DNA from: Escherichia phage TH09
Reading direction: 5' to 3' (one strand)
Sequence record: MT446387.1
Length of the DNA: 64,000 nucleotides
Under the pieces are notes generated by a model that did not search any database, was not told where the DNA came from, and worked only from the letters and a program-made list of their open reading frames with translations. Position 1 is the stretch's first letter. Each line of letters starts with the position of its first letter. A program made the translations under genes and the position numbers. Of this stretch, positions 33,705-42,341 are shown in pieces.

Positions 33705-34250
33705 ATGAGAAAAGCACTACTCGCTGGTCTATTGGCCATTTCAATGATGGCACATAGCTCCGAGCATACTTTCAGTAATGTCCAACTCGATAACATGCGT
33801 TACGCGTATCAATTCGGGGAACAGTTTTCTAAGGATGGAAAATATAAAACACACAAAAATATCCACAAGAGCGGATTAGGTCATATAATGGCTGCTATTT
33901 TATGGCAAGAAAGCTCTGGCGGAGTTAATTTAAAATCTAAACCAAAGCATCACGCCTACGGAATGTTCCAAAATTATTTGCCTACTATGCGAGCAAGAGT
34001 TAAGGAACTTGGTTATAATATGACCGATGCTGAAATAAAAAGAATGTTGAATAAACGGTCCAATTCAGCTTCCTGGGCGTACATTGAACTTTCTTATTGG
34101 TTAAATATACATAAGGGCGATATAAGAAAAGCAATATCCTCTTATAATTCGGGATGGAATGTTAAAGCAGGTTCTAAATATGCTTCTGAAGTCCTAGAAA
34201 AGGCTAATTACCTTAAAAATAATAAACTTTTGGAAATAGTAAATGACTAA
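33705..34250 (+). CDS. secreted lytic-transglycosylase-like protein
   Basis: 181 aa with N-terminal signal peptide MRKALLAGLLAISMMAHS; LWQESSG and YNSG motifs reminiscent of SLT-type transglycosylases. Confidence 0.55.
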   Translation: MRKALLAGLLAISMMAHSSEHTFSNVQLDNMRYAYQFGEQFSKDGKYKTHKNIHKSGLGHIMAAILWQESSGGVNLKSKPKHHAYGMFQNYLPTMRARVKELGYNMTDAEIKRMLNKRSNSASWAYIELSYWLNIHKGDIRKAISSYNSGWNVKAGSKYASEVLEKANYLKNNKLLEIVND

Positions 34251-34584
34251 AATTTTGGTTTTATGTATAGGATTAATTTCATTTTCTGCGTTAGCAGATA
34301 CATCATATACTGAAATTAGAGAGTATGTAAACCGTACTGCAGCGGATTATTGCGGGAAAAATAAAGCATGCCAAGCTGAATTTGCGCAGAAATTAATATA
34401 TGCATATAAAGACGGAGAAAGAGATAAATCAAGCAGATACAAAAATGATACACTGTTAAAACGATATGCTAAAAAGTGGAATACCTTAGAATGTTCAGTT
34501 GCGGAGGAGAAAGATAAAGCCGCTTGTCATTCAATGGTTGACCGTTTGGTAGATTCTTATAATCGAGGATTGAGTACTAGATGA
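34243..34584 (+). CDS. secreted Cys-containing small protein
   Basis: 113 aa with signal peptide MTKILVLCIGLISFSALA; four Cys. Confidence 0.55.
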   Translation: MTKILVLCIGLISFSALADTSYTEIREYVNRTAADYCGKNKACQAEFAQKLIYAYKDGERDKSSRYKNDTLLKRYAKKWNTLECSVAEEKDKAACHSMVDRLVDSYNRGLSTR

Positions 34585-35060
34585 TTGTAAAATATATCAA
34601 GGGCGATATTGTCGCCCTATTTCTTCAAGGTAATATTATTGCGCACGGGTGCAATTGTTTTCATACTATGGGTTCAGGTGTAGCGGGTCAATTAGCAAGA
34701 GCCTATCCCAAAATTTTAGAAATAGATAAAACCACTACTGAGTACGGTTCTCGTGATAAATTAGGCGATATGTCTATTGTTTTTAAACATAAACCTAATG
34801 GTTTTGGCATATGTTATAACTTGTATACGCAATACGAACCAGGTCCTAATCTTGATTATGGTGCTTTAGTAAACTGCATGATAGAATTAAATCTACAGGC
34901 AGAAACCCTTTTGTTTAAACCGGTAATTTACATTCCACGCATAGGTTGTGGTATTGCTGGCGGCGATTGGGATAAGGTTTCTAAATTAATCGACATGTTT
35001 ACTCCTGATATTGATTTAATAGTGGTGGATTATGAAAGTACATTACCCGCATCCGTTTGA
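34581..35060 (+). CDS. macro-domain-like protein (ADP-ribose binding/processing fold)
   Basis: 159 aa; KGDIVAL..NIIAHGCN...GSGVAGQLARAYP and IPRIGCGIAGGDW resemble macro-domain GDIT..AIVNAAN..GGGVDGAIHRAAG and ISTGVYGYP motifs (memory). Confidence 0.6.
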   Translation: MIVKYIKGDIVALFLQGNIIAHGCNCFHTMGSGVAGQLARAYPKILEIDKTTTEYGSRDKLGDMSIVFKHKPNGFGICYNLYTQYEPGPNLDYGALVNCMIELNLQAETLLFKPVIYIPRIGCGIAGGDWDKVSKLIDMFTPDIDLIVVDYESTLPASV

Positions 35061-35244
35061 TCCTAAAAACAAAGCAGTAATTATTCGTCAATGGGAACGC
35101 ATTTGCCGTACTAAATGTCCAATTAATAGTCCACATGATGTAGATAAAGACTACATTGGAACATTCGTTGAATATACTTTTATTGATAAGAAAGGTCGTA
35201 AACAACATGTAGAAGAATATTGCTTAAAGGTTACATGGTTATGA
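35032..35244 (+). CDS. hypothetical small protein
   Basis: 70-aa ORF overlapping the macro-domain gene 3' end. Confidence 0.45.
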   Translation: MKVHYPHPFDPKNKAVIIRQWERICRTKCPINSPHDVDKDYIGTFVEYTFIDKKGRKQHVEEYCLKVTWL

Positions 35245-35447
35245 GCCAAACTAGTATTCTTAAAAATGCCCACTGTGAAAAGTGTAAGTGGCCTGTTGTT
35301 TTTGCTTTATGCAACGATGAAATGGCTTGTGATTTCGATTATTGGTGCTATTGTTCTAATAAAGGATGCATCAATCATAAAGGTGAAGGATTTTATTCAG
35401 GATTTTATCCTTATCCTGATTTCGTTAAAGAAGGTAAACCAAAATGA
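35235..35447 (+). CDS. Cys-rich small protein (possible zinc-binding)
   Basis: ATG at 35235 after AAGG (track starts at TTG 35220); about 70 aa with CxxC...CxxxxC...CxC...C pattern. Confidence 0.5.
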   Translation: MVMSQTSILKNAHCEKCKWPVVFALCNDEMACDFDYWCYCSNKGCINHKGEGFYSGFYPYPDFVKEGKPK

Positions 35448-35629
35448 ATAATTTTGAGTTACAATACGAAGTGTTACGTGAGCTTGATAATTTAATTGAA
35501 CTCGCTGTTAATAAAGGTTTTGCCATTGGAATCGGTCAAAAAGATACTGGTCATTTAACTATGGAAATATTTAAGCAAAAGCGAATTATTTTAAAACTCC
35601 TGGAAATTAATATATATGAGTCTGAGTAA
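35444..35629 (+). CDS. hypothetical small protein
   Basis: 61-aa ORF coupled by ATGA overlap. Confidence 0.5.
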   Translation: MNNFELQYEVLRELDNLIELAVNKGFAIGIGQKDTGHLTMEIFKQKRIILKLLEINIYESE

Positions 35630-35801
35630 AGAACAAAAAGATAAATTGTTTGAGCTTATCCATGAACTTCTAGATGAGCATATAGAAGCAAACACTTTTT
35701 ATGATGAATACGGCCCGCTATCTCCAGAACAGCAGGAAGAATTTGCTGATCGGTTTGATAAGAAAGAAAACGAATTAATAGCTTATGTGAATACGCTTTA
35801 A
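35616..35801 (+). CDS. hypothetical small acidic protein
   Basis: 61-aa ORF directly upstream of tk. Confidence 0.5.
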   Translation: MSLSKEQKDKLFELIHELLDEHIEANTFYDEYGPLSPEQQEEFADRFDKKENELIAYVNTL

Positions 35802-35810
35802 GAAGGTGAT

Positions 35811-36392
35811 ATGGCGAGTTTAATTTTTACTTATGCAGCAATGAATGCTGGAAAATCTGCTTCTCTTTTGACTGCTGCACATAATTATAAAGAACGTGGA
35901 ATGAGTGTATTAGTTCTTAAGCCTGCTATTGATACTCGCGATTCTGTCTGTGAAGTTGTTTCTCGCATTGGAATTAAACAGGAAGCGAATATTATTACAG
36001 ATGATATGGATATTTTCGAGTTCTATAAATGGGCTGAAGCACAAAAAGATATTCATTGCGTATTTGTAGATGAAGCTCAGTTTTTAAAAACTGAACAGGT
36101 GCATCAATTAAGTCGAATTGTTGATACATATAATGTTCCTGTTATGGCTTATGGATTAAGGACTGATTTCGCTGGAAAATTGTTTGAAGGTTCTAAAGAA
36201 CTTTTAGCGATTGCAGATAAACTTATTGAACTAAAGGCAGTTTGTCATTGCGGCAAAAAAGCGATTATGACAGCTCGATTAATGGAAGATGGAACACCAG
36301 TTAAAGAAGGTAATCAAATCTGTATTGGTGATGAAATTTATGTTTCTTTGTGCAGAAAACATTGGAATGAATTAACTAAAAAGCTCGGTTAG
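35811..36392 (+). CDS. tk: thymidine kinase
   Basis: 193 aa; P-loop YAAMNAGKS, FVDEAQF, C-terminal CxCG...C zinc motif; same size as T4 Tk. Confidence 0.93.
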   Translation: MASLIFTYAAMNAGKSASLLTAAHNYKERGMSVLVLKPAIDTRDSVCEVVSRIGIKQEANIITDDMDIFEFYKWAEAQKDIHCVFVDEAQFLKTEQVHQLSRIVDTYNVPVMAYGLRTDFAGKLFEGSKELLAIADKLIELKAVCHCGKKAIMTARLMEDGTPVKEGNQICIGDEIYVSLCRKHWNELTKKLG

Positions 36393-36434
36393 TGTAAAAG
36401 TTATAAATAGGTTTATCTAACTAAAGGGGTATAT

Positions 36435-36647
36435 ATGCTACAATTAACTGAAAAGCAACTTCGCAATCTTACTGTGCTTCAATTAGATGAAATTCGTAGG
36501 GAAGTTGGAAATATCATTTCAGCTTTGCGTCGAGAAGTATCACTCAACCAATCTCCGGCAGACTATACTAGATTGCGAAATTTTGAAAAATACCTTGATA
36601 AAGTTAAGGCCGTGCATCGGCATAAAGTAAATACAGGACAAAAATGA
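36435..36647 (+). CDS. hypothetical small protein (rI.-1 position)
   Basis: 70-aa ORF between tk and rI. Confidence 0.5.
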
Positions 36648-36659
36648 TAGGAGGCCTTT

Positions 36660-36953
36660 ATGGCCTTAAAAGCAACGGCACTATTTGCCATGCTAGGATT
36701 GTCATTTGTTTTATCTCCATCGATTGAAGCGAATGTCGATCCTCATTTTGATAAATTTATGGAATCTGGTATTAGGCACGTTTATATGCTTTTTGAAAAT
36801 AAAAGCGTAGAATCGTCTGAACAATTCTATAGTTTTATGAGAACGACCTATAAAAATGACCCGTGCTCTTCTGATTTTGAATGTATAGAGCGAGGCGCGG
36901 AGATGGCACAATCATACGCTAGAATTATGAACATTAAATTGGAGACTGAATGA
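36660..36953 (+). CDS. rI: lysis inhibition regulator rI (antiholin)
   Basis: 97 aa with N-terminal signal/anchor MALKATALFAMLGLSFVLSPSIEA; size and position next to tk as in T4. Confidence 0.85.
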   Translation: MALKATALFAMLGLSFVLSPSIEANVDPHFDKFMESGIRHVYMLFENKSVESSEQFYSFMRTTYKNDPCSSDFECIERGAEMAQSYARIMNIKLETE

Positions 36954-37336
36954 AATTCAGCGACTTTTCACAAAGTGGAAAACCTTCAAAGGCAGATGAA
37001 TACTTAGGTTTATTAATGGCTGCACAAGCTTATTTTCATTCTGCACATTTTGAAACTAAAAGTTATGCTAGACACAAAGCATACGATTTTATTTTCTCCG
37101 AGTTGCCAGATTTGATTGATAAATTTGGTGAGCAATATTTGGGGTATTCTGGTAGAAAATACACACCTTCAATTCCAGATGCCAGTAAACTTCCTACCGA
37201 CACAATTAAAATGATTGATCGCATACTAGACCAATCTAACAGCATTTATAAAGAAATGCCTCCAGCCATTCAAAGCACGATAGATGATATTACTGGAATG
37301 TTTTACCAGAGTAAGTATCTTCTTTCCCTCGAATAA
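36950..37336 (+). CDS. hypothetical protein (rI.1 position)
   Basis: 128-aa ORF with ATGA overlap to rI, ending before a strong terminator. Confidence 0.6.
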   Translation: MKFSDFSQSGKPSKADEYLGLLMAAQAYFHSAHFETKSYARHKAYDFIFSELPDLIDKFGEQYLGYSGRKYTPSIPDASKLPTDTIKMIDRILDQSNSIYKEMPPAIQSTIDDITGMFYQSKYLLSLE

Positions 37337-37340
37337 CATT

Positions 37341-37364
37341 AGTCTCCTTCGGGAGACTTTTTTC
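37341..37364 (+). terminator. rho-independent terminator
   Basis: AGTCTCC-TTCG-GGAGACT followed by TTTTTT. Confidence 0.85.
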
Positions 37365-37373
37365 ATTTTACCG

Positions 37374-37403
37374 GTTTACTTTCCGTTTGAGTTGTGGTAC
37401 TAT
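37374..37403 (+). promoter_or_regulatory. T4-type early promoter
   Basis: GTTTAC (37374-37379), 18-nt spacer, TGG-TACTAT (37398-37403) within GGTACTATACAACTATC. Confidence 0.55.
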
Positions 37404-37431
37404 ACAACTATCGAATAAAGAGGAGAACATC

Positions 37432-37620
37432 ATGAAAATTGAAGCACTCAATCAAGAAGGAAATATCTACGTCATCATTAATGGTGATTTTTTCGTCGAC
37501 ATGGATGAAGTTACTAGTGAAGAACTTGTTGAAGTTTTGAAGAAACGTTATAATATGTGTGATGAAGCTGCAACGCATATGGCGTGTGCAATATTCTCTC
37601 TGTCATATGTGGTGGAATAA
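37432..37620 (+). CDS. hypothetical small protein
   Basis: ATG at 37432 with GAGGAG SD (track starts upstream at 37387); about 62 aa. Confidence 0.55.
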   Translation: MKIEALNQEGNIYVIINGDFFVDMDEVTSEELVEVLKKRYNMCDEAATHMACAIFSLSYVVE

Positions 37621-37823
37621 TGATTAGTATAGAGCAAGCAGATAAAATCAAGGAATTAGTGGCTTCAATTCGTAAAGCAGATGAAGAGCTGATTGACTTT
37701 GCTTGGTATTCATCGGGTATTTCGAATAAAGGCATTAAAGACTTTGAAACTAAAGTTGATAATGCTTTAGAAGCGTTAGATATGTTTCTTGATGAAATTA
37801 TCGATCATAATACGAGAGTTTAA
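37620..37823 (+). CDS. hypothetical small protein
   Basis: ATG at 37620 overlapping previous stop (TAATG); [11 protein letters not shown]...; about 67 aa. Confidence 0.5.
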   Translation: MISIEQADKIKELVASIRKADEELIDFAWYSSGISNKGIKDFETKVDNALEALDMFLDEIIDHNTRV

Positions 37824-37825
37824 TT

Positions 37826-38020
37826 ATGCTAACACGTGAACAGTTTGAAAAAATCATTAAATTAGCACGTGATATTGAAATAGATTCATACCAATTGGCA
37901 GTTGAACATTGTGAAGGATATTCATATGATGGTATAGAAGCAGCTAAAAAGGATTTGGACAAATCTAAAGCTAAATTAGTTCAATATCTTGAAATGATTA
38001 GGTGGAATAATGAAAACTGA
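37826..38020 (+). CDS. hypothetical small protein
   Basis: 64-aa ORF, TAATTATG coupling to previous gene. Confidence 0.5.
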   Translation: MLTREQFEKIIKLARDIEIDSYQLAVEHCEGYSYDGIEAAKKDLDKSKAKLVQYLEMIRWNNEN

Positions 38021-38183
38021 AAAGCAGATGTTTTTAATGAAGCTAATTGAAGAATATGCTAATGCAGTTTCTGACTATGAGTATTCTGCTCGGGAAAGAG
38101 GTACGGCTTTCGCAAAGGAAGAAATGAAAATCATGGTTGATGCTCACACAAAGCTTCAGAATTTTATTGAAAACGTCATTTAA
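38010..38183 (+). CDS. hypothetical small protein (below ORF-track cut-off)
   Basis: 57-codon ORF from ATG 38010 (MKTEKQMFLMKLIEEYANAVSDYEY...), overlapping the previous gene end. Confidence 0.4.
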   Translation: MKTEKQMFLMKLIEEYANAVSDYEYSARERGTAFAKEEMKIMVDAHTKLQNFIENVI

Positions 38184-38347
38184 TGGTTTACAAGTTGGCA
38201 AGGTTATGGTATAGTAATCTTGTCAACTGTCAAGGAGAAGAGAATGAAAATTTTGTTTGTTGTGTATGTGATGATTCAATATAATTACCCAATGTTTACT
38301 TATAATCTGGTGAACAACATTATTGATATGATTCAGAGGAGTATACA

Positions 38348-38893
38348 ATGATGAGTGAGGCGAAACGATTAGTATTAGAAGTTAGTTCACTTTTTGGTGA
38401 ATTGGCTATAGAAAAAGTAAATAATATGTATCGTTTGACACAAGAAGACGATATGCTATATTTTACGCCTAACGAAATTGTTCGTTTAACCCAAATTGAA
38501 AATTCTTATACTGATAAAATTGTAAGCATTAATGATGAGCATAAAATTCATTTCTATTCTTTATGCCCAGGATTTAATATTGAAAGCGAGTCAATATGCT
38601 TATCAATTAATAATTGGGATAATTTTATAACTAAGATTAAATATTTTTATTATTCTAATGAAAGAAAACATAGTTTAAAATGGTTTAAAAATTGCAATGC
38701 TATTATTACTAACGCTTGCAATCAGAATGATGAAACTGTTTTAAACGTATCAAAATGTTATGAAGATGGAGATGTCTTAACTATTCGTCAAATTGATGAT
38801 TCTCGAGCACATATTGTCACATTTACCAAAGACGAAGCTATTGCACTAAAGACTTATCTTGATTCTGTTATTCCAACTATGATTTCAAAGTGA
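38348..38893 (+). CDS. hypothetical protein, paralogue A of tandem pair
   Basis: 181 aa with GAGGAG SD; shares GFNIE(S/D)E.., ...SN and C-terminal K(T/Y)YL..V.P(T/S)M with the next ORF. Confidence 0.6.
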   Translation: MMSEAKRLVLEVSSLFGELAIEKVNNMYRLTQEDDMLYFTPNEIVRLTQIENSYTDKIVSINDEHKIHFYSLCPGFNIESESICLSINNWDNFITKIKYFYYSNERKHSLKWFKNCNAIITNACNQNDETVLNVSKCYEDGDVLTIRQIDDSRAHIVTFTKDEAIALKTYLDSVIPTMISK

Positions 38894-38899
38894 GGAAAT

Positions 38900-39421
38900 A
38901 TGTTTATTTCAAGTGGAAGCGGTTTAATTCGTGTTGAATTTAAAAATGACATCTTCCTTAGTCAAGGAGATGATATTATTAAAATGAGTTATGACGAAAT
39001 CAAGAAAATTTGTCATACTCTTGAAAGCCGTGGAAAAGTAAATGCTGTTATTGACATCGGTGATTTATGGGTAACTCTTTATGAAGTATCCGAAGGATTT
39101 AATATTGAAGATGAAAATAACATCTTAGCTATTGATAAAAGAACTGATTTGCTTGATGTATTAAAAGCCTATGAACAGTCAAATGGTGGAAGAAAAGCTG
39201 TATTGATTTATCAAAAACCGCATTCATGTGGAACTGCTTCAATCATTTCAAATATTGAAGGCGAAGCTGATACTTATATGTGTGTTTTAAAAGCTGGTGG
39301 TGACCGTCATCCGGATTTTATTTCTATTCGTCAAAACAATGAAGAAATTTCATTATCAAAATCAGAAGCTGAAGCGATGATTAAGTATTTAACAACCGTT
39401 ACGCCTTCAATGAAAGGATAA
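38900..39421 (+). CDS. hypothetical protein, paralogue B of tandem pair
   Basis: 173 aa; alignable to 38348 ORF over central and C-terminal regions. Confidence 0.6.
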   Translation: MFISSGSGLIRVEFKNDIFLSQGDDIIKMSYDEIKKICHTLESRGKVNAVIDIGDLWVTLYEVSEGFNIEDENNILAIDKRTDLLDVLKAYEQSNGGRKAVLIYQKPHSCGTASIISNIEGEADTYMCVLKAGGDRHPDFISIRQNNEEISLSKSEAEAMIKYLTTVTPSMKG

Positions 39422-39423
39422 TT

Positions 39424-39885
39424 ATGATTATTAATGAAAACTCTTGGCACTATAAATTATTCAAATTGTTTAACGATGAATGGCAACGACCTAAGACACT
39501 ATGCGTATATTTTTGGTCTATTGCCATTCCTATATTTTTCGTTTCTATTTTTGGGTGTGCTATACTCGTAGGGCTAACAATTATTTGTGCAGAAAGCCTA
39601 CAACGTTGGCTTATTTTCGGTAGTTTATGGACTCTTCTTCCATCAGCATTTATACTTGCGCTTTTGGTTGTTTTACTTATTATCGGTTCATTTGTTATTC
39701 CTGCACATTTGCATGAAAAATATAAAGATTATAAATGGAAAAAGGATTATGCTTTACACGTAGAAAATATTGATAGGGCGTATAAAGGTTTACCTCCTAT
39801 TCAACCCAAGAAATCGGTTATCGTTGAATTTTTAAAAGCTCGTAAAGCTAAAGTATGTCCTGTTATTGAATATAAGGCTGAATGA
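39424..39885 (+). CDS. integral membrane protein
   Basis: 153 aa with three hydrophobic helices; coupled by overlaps to both neighbours. Confidence 0.6.
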   Translation: MIINENSWHYKLFKLFNDEWQRPKTLCVYFWSIAIPIFFVSIFGCAILVGLTIICAESLQRWLIFGSLWTLLPSAFILALLVVLLIIGSFVIPAHLHEKYKDYKWKKDYALHVENIDRAYKGLPPIQPKKSVIVEFLKARKAKVCPVIEYKAE

Positions 39886-40895
39886 TGAAAACAGTAATGA
39901 AAAGCTATTTTGGTAGTCATCTTTATGGAACTTCTACCCCAGAATCTGATGTAGATTTTAAAGAAATCTTTGTTCCTCCTGCTCGCGATATTCTTATCGG
40001 AAATGTCAAAGAGCACATGAGTAAAAACACTAACAACACATCATCTAAAAACACTAAAGATGATATTGACCATGAACTATACAGTCTTAAATATTTCTTT
40101 AAATTAGCAGCAGATGGTGAAACTGTAGCGTTGGATATGCTTCACACTCCACCTGAACTAGTGGTTAAATCTGATTTGCCTGATGTGTGGAAGTTTATTC
40201 AAGACAACCGTTCTCGTTTTTATACGACTAACATGAAATCCTATTTAGGATATGTCCGCAAGCAAGCTTCTAAATACGGTGTCAAGGGTTCTCGTTTGGC
40301 TGCATTACGTGATGTATTGAAAGTAGTTAATCAAATCCCCGAGCAATGGGTTGATTACCAAGAAGACGGTTCCATTAAGCAGCGTCGCACTAAAGTTGAA
40401 GATATTAAGCATCGTCTTCCAGAAAACGAATTCTGTGAATGGGTGTTCCATAATCATGAGAAAACAGGTCCACAAACGTTCTACACTGTATTGGGTCGTA
40501 AATATCAGACAACGCTTTCTCTTATTGAGCTTAAGCAGTCTTTGAATAAACTTGATGCTGAATACGGTGAACGTGCTCGTAAGGCCGAAGCCAATGAAGG
40601 CATTGATTGGAAAGCACTAAGTCATGCTTGTCGTGGTGGACTCCAACTATTGGAAATTTACAAAACTGGTGACTTGGTTTATCCACTCAAAGATGCTCCA
40701 TTTATTCTCGACGTGAAGTTGGGTAAACATCCATTTAAAACGGTTCAAGAGTTTTTGGAAGATGTGGTCGATCAAGTAGAAGCAGCATCTACTGAAGCTT
40801 CTAAGAACGGTATGCCTAAAACAGTAGACATGAGTTTCTGGGATGACTTCCTTGAGAAGGTCTATCTTGAAAACCACCGAAGTTATTATAAATGA
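39882..40895 (+). CDS. nucleotidyltransferase-like protein (pol-beta superfamily signature)
   Basis: 337 aa; N-terminal FGSHLYGTSTPESDVDF (GS-x10-DxD) plus downstream acidic cluster KDDIDHE; followed by strong terminator. Confidence 0.6.
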   Translation: MMKTVMKSYFGSHLYGTSTPESDVDFKEIFVPPARDILIGNVKEHMSKNTNNTSSKNTKDDIDHELYSLKYFFKLAADGETVALDMLHTPPELVVKSDLPDVWKFIQDNRSRFYTTNMKSYLGYVRKQASKYGVKGSRLAALRDVLKVVNQIPEQWVDYQEDGSIKQRRTKVEDIKHRLPENEFCEWVFHNHEKTGPQTFYTVLGRKYQTTLSLIELKQSLNKLDAEYGERARKAEANEGIDWKALSHACRGGLQLLEIYKTGDLVYPLKDAPFILDVKLGKHPFKTVQEFLEDVVDQVEAASTEASKNGMPKTVDMSFWDDFLEKVYLENHRSYYK

Positions 40896-40897
40896 TA

Positions 40898-40921
40898 GGG
40901 AGCCTTCGGGCTCCCTTTTTT
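40898..40921 (+). terminator. rho-independent terminator
   Basis: GGGAGCC-TTCG-GGCTCCC followed by TTTTTT. Confidence 0.85.
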
Positions 40922-40945
40922 ATTTCAAAAATTTTTCACAAAACT

Positions 40946-40975
40946 GTTTACAAGCATAAAGCTTTATGGTACTAT
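40946..40975 (+). promoter_or_regulatory. T4-type early promoter
   Basis: aaaaatttttcacaaaact-GTTTAC (40946-40951), 18-nt spacer, TGG-TACTAT (40970-40975) within GGTACTATACAACTATC. Confidence 0.55.
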
Positions 40976-41013
40976 ACAACTATCAAAACAAATGAGTAAA
41001 TTGGAGATACAAA

Positions 41014-41214
41014 ATGACTACTTTGAATAAACGTTTCGGTAAAGCTAAATCTGGGTGTGCAGCTGAACGTCGTTATGTTTTCGCTCAGTTAGAAGATGTA
41101 GAGTATCAGATTAATCAAGTTCACATTACTGGTATCGAGCCTATGTGTGGCCTTGAAGCTCTTCGTGAAGTTCGTGACGGGTATCGTCGTGCCATCGAAG
41201 AAATGTCAAAATAA
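41014..41214 (+). CDS. hypothetical small protein
   Basis: 66-aa ORF with GGAG SD, first gene after the early promoter. Confidence 0.55.
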   Translation: MTTLNKRFGKAKSGCAAERRYVFAQLEDVEYQINQVHITGIEPMCGLEALREVRDGYRRAIEEMSK

Positions 41215-41271
41215 GTATACAAACTGATAGGACTATGTTATAGTAGTCCTATCAAATCAAAGGAGAATAAA

Positions 41272-42240
41272 ATGAAAACTGTAACTATCAATAAGGGTAT
41301 CTACTTCGGTAAAGAAATCTCTGGAACTTTTGAGCTCTTAGGTGAATGGTTCCCAGATAATGCTCCGGTGGATGCACAAGGAGATGGTAAAGTTTTTGTT
41401 GAAATTGACGGTAAGCGTCGCGGTGTTTGGGTTTACAAATCAGACATTTCATATGATGGTGTAAAAGTTGAAGAAGTTAAAGAATCATATGAAGATATGA
41501 AAACCCGCATTAATAAAAGATTTAATGTTATGGGAATGATGACGAATGGTATTATTAACGGAAACATTCGTTCATTAATTATCTCTGGTGCGGCAGGCAT
41601 TGGTAAAACGTATTCTTTAGATAAAGCTTTAAATAAAGCAAATGATATTGGATACATTGAATATAAAAGCATTAACGGTAAAATCTCTGGTATCGGTCTT
41701 TATGAACAGCTCTGGAATAATCGTGAAGAGAATTCTGTCCTTTTGATTGATGATGTGGATGTTTTCTCTGATATGGACATTCTTAATCTTTTGAAAGCTG
41801 CTCTGGACACTGGAGAGACCCGTAAAGTCTGCTGGAGCACTGCATCTTCTTACTTAGAAGAAAAAGGCATTGAGCGTGAGTTTGAATTTAAAGGAACGAT
41901 TGTTTTTATCACAAACGTTGACATTGACCGCGAATTAGACCGTGGTACTAAACTTGCTCCACATTTACAAGCATTAGTTTCCCGCTCGGTTTATTTAGAT
42001 TTGGGTGTTCACACTAATGAAGAAATTATGGTCAGGGTTGAAGATGTTATTCTTTCAACCGACATGATGCAAAAGCGTGGTCTTTCTGATGAAGAAACTT
42101 ATAAAGCATTATCATGGATGAAAGTCAATGTTAATCGTTTACGCAATGTTTCACTGCGTACTGCTCTTTATCTTGCTGACTTTATTATGACCGACAAAAA
42201 TGGTTGGGAAGAAATTGCTGAGGTTACTCTTCTGAAATAA
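41272..42240 (+). CDS. AAA+-type ATPase
   Basis: 322 aa; Walker A GAAGIGKT, Walker B VLLIDDVDVF, sensor-like FITNVD; GGAG SD. Confidence 0.65.
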   Translation: MKTVTINKGIYFGKEISGTFELLGEWFPDNAPVDAQGDGKVFVEIDGKRRGVWVYKSDISYDGVKVEEVKESYEDMKTRINKRFNVMGMMTNGIINGNIRSLIISGAAGIGKTYSLDKALNKANDIGYIEYKSINGKISGIGLYEQLWNNREENSVLLIDDVDVFSDMDILNLLKAALDTGETRKVCWSTASSYLEEKGIEREFEFKGTIVFITNVDIDRELDRGTKLAPHLQALVSRSVYLDLGVHTNEEIMVRVEDVILSTDMMQKRGLSDEETYKALSWMKVNVNRLRNVSLRTALYLADFIMTDKNGWEEIAEVTLLK

Positions 42241-42341
42241 TTCATAAGAGGCCTTCTATGACAAAAAGGCAGTTCAGAAATAGATTATATGGACTGCCAT
42301 TAAAAAGATGACTAGAATTAAACTGGTAAATGGAGGTAGTG

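Noticed and set aside
35266-35451. 61-aa ORF in an alternative frame over 35235-35447
   Set aside because: Fully overlapped by the Cys-rich ORF, which has the better start context; the two cannot both be the main product.
33705-35801. Identifying an Acb2 (T4 vs.4) homologue among the small ORFs between regB and tk
   Set aside because: I cannot recall the Acb2 sequence well enough to match any of these ORFs; left as hypothetical.
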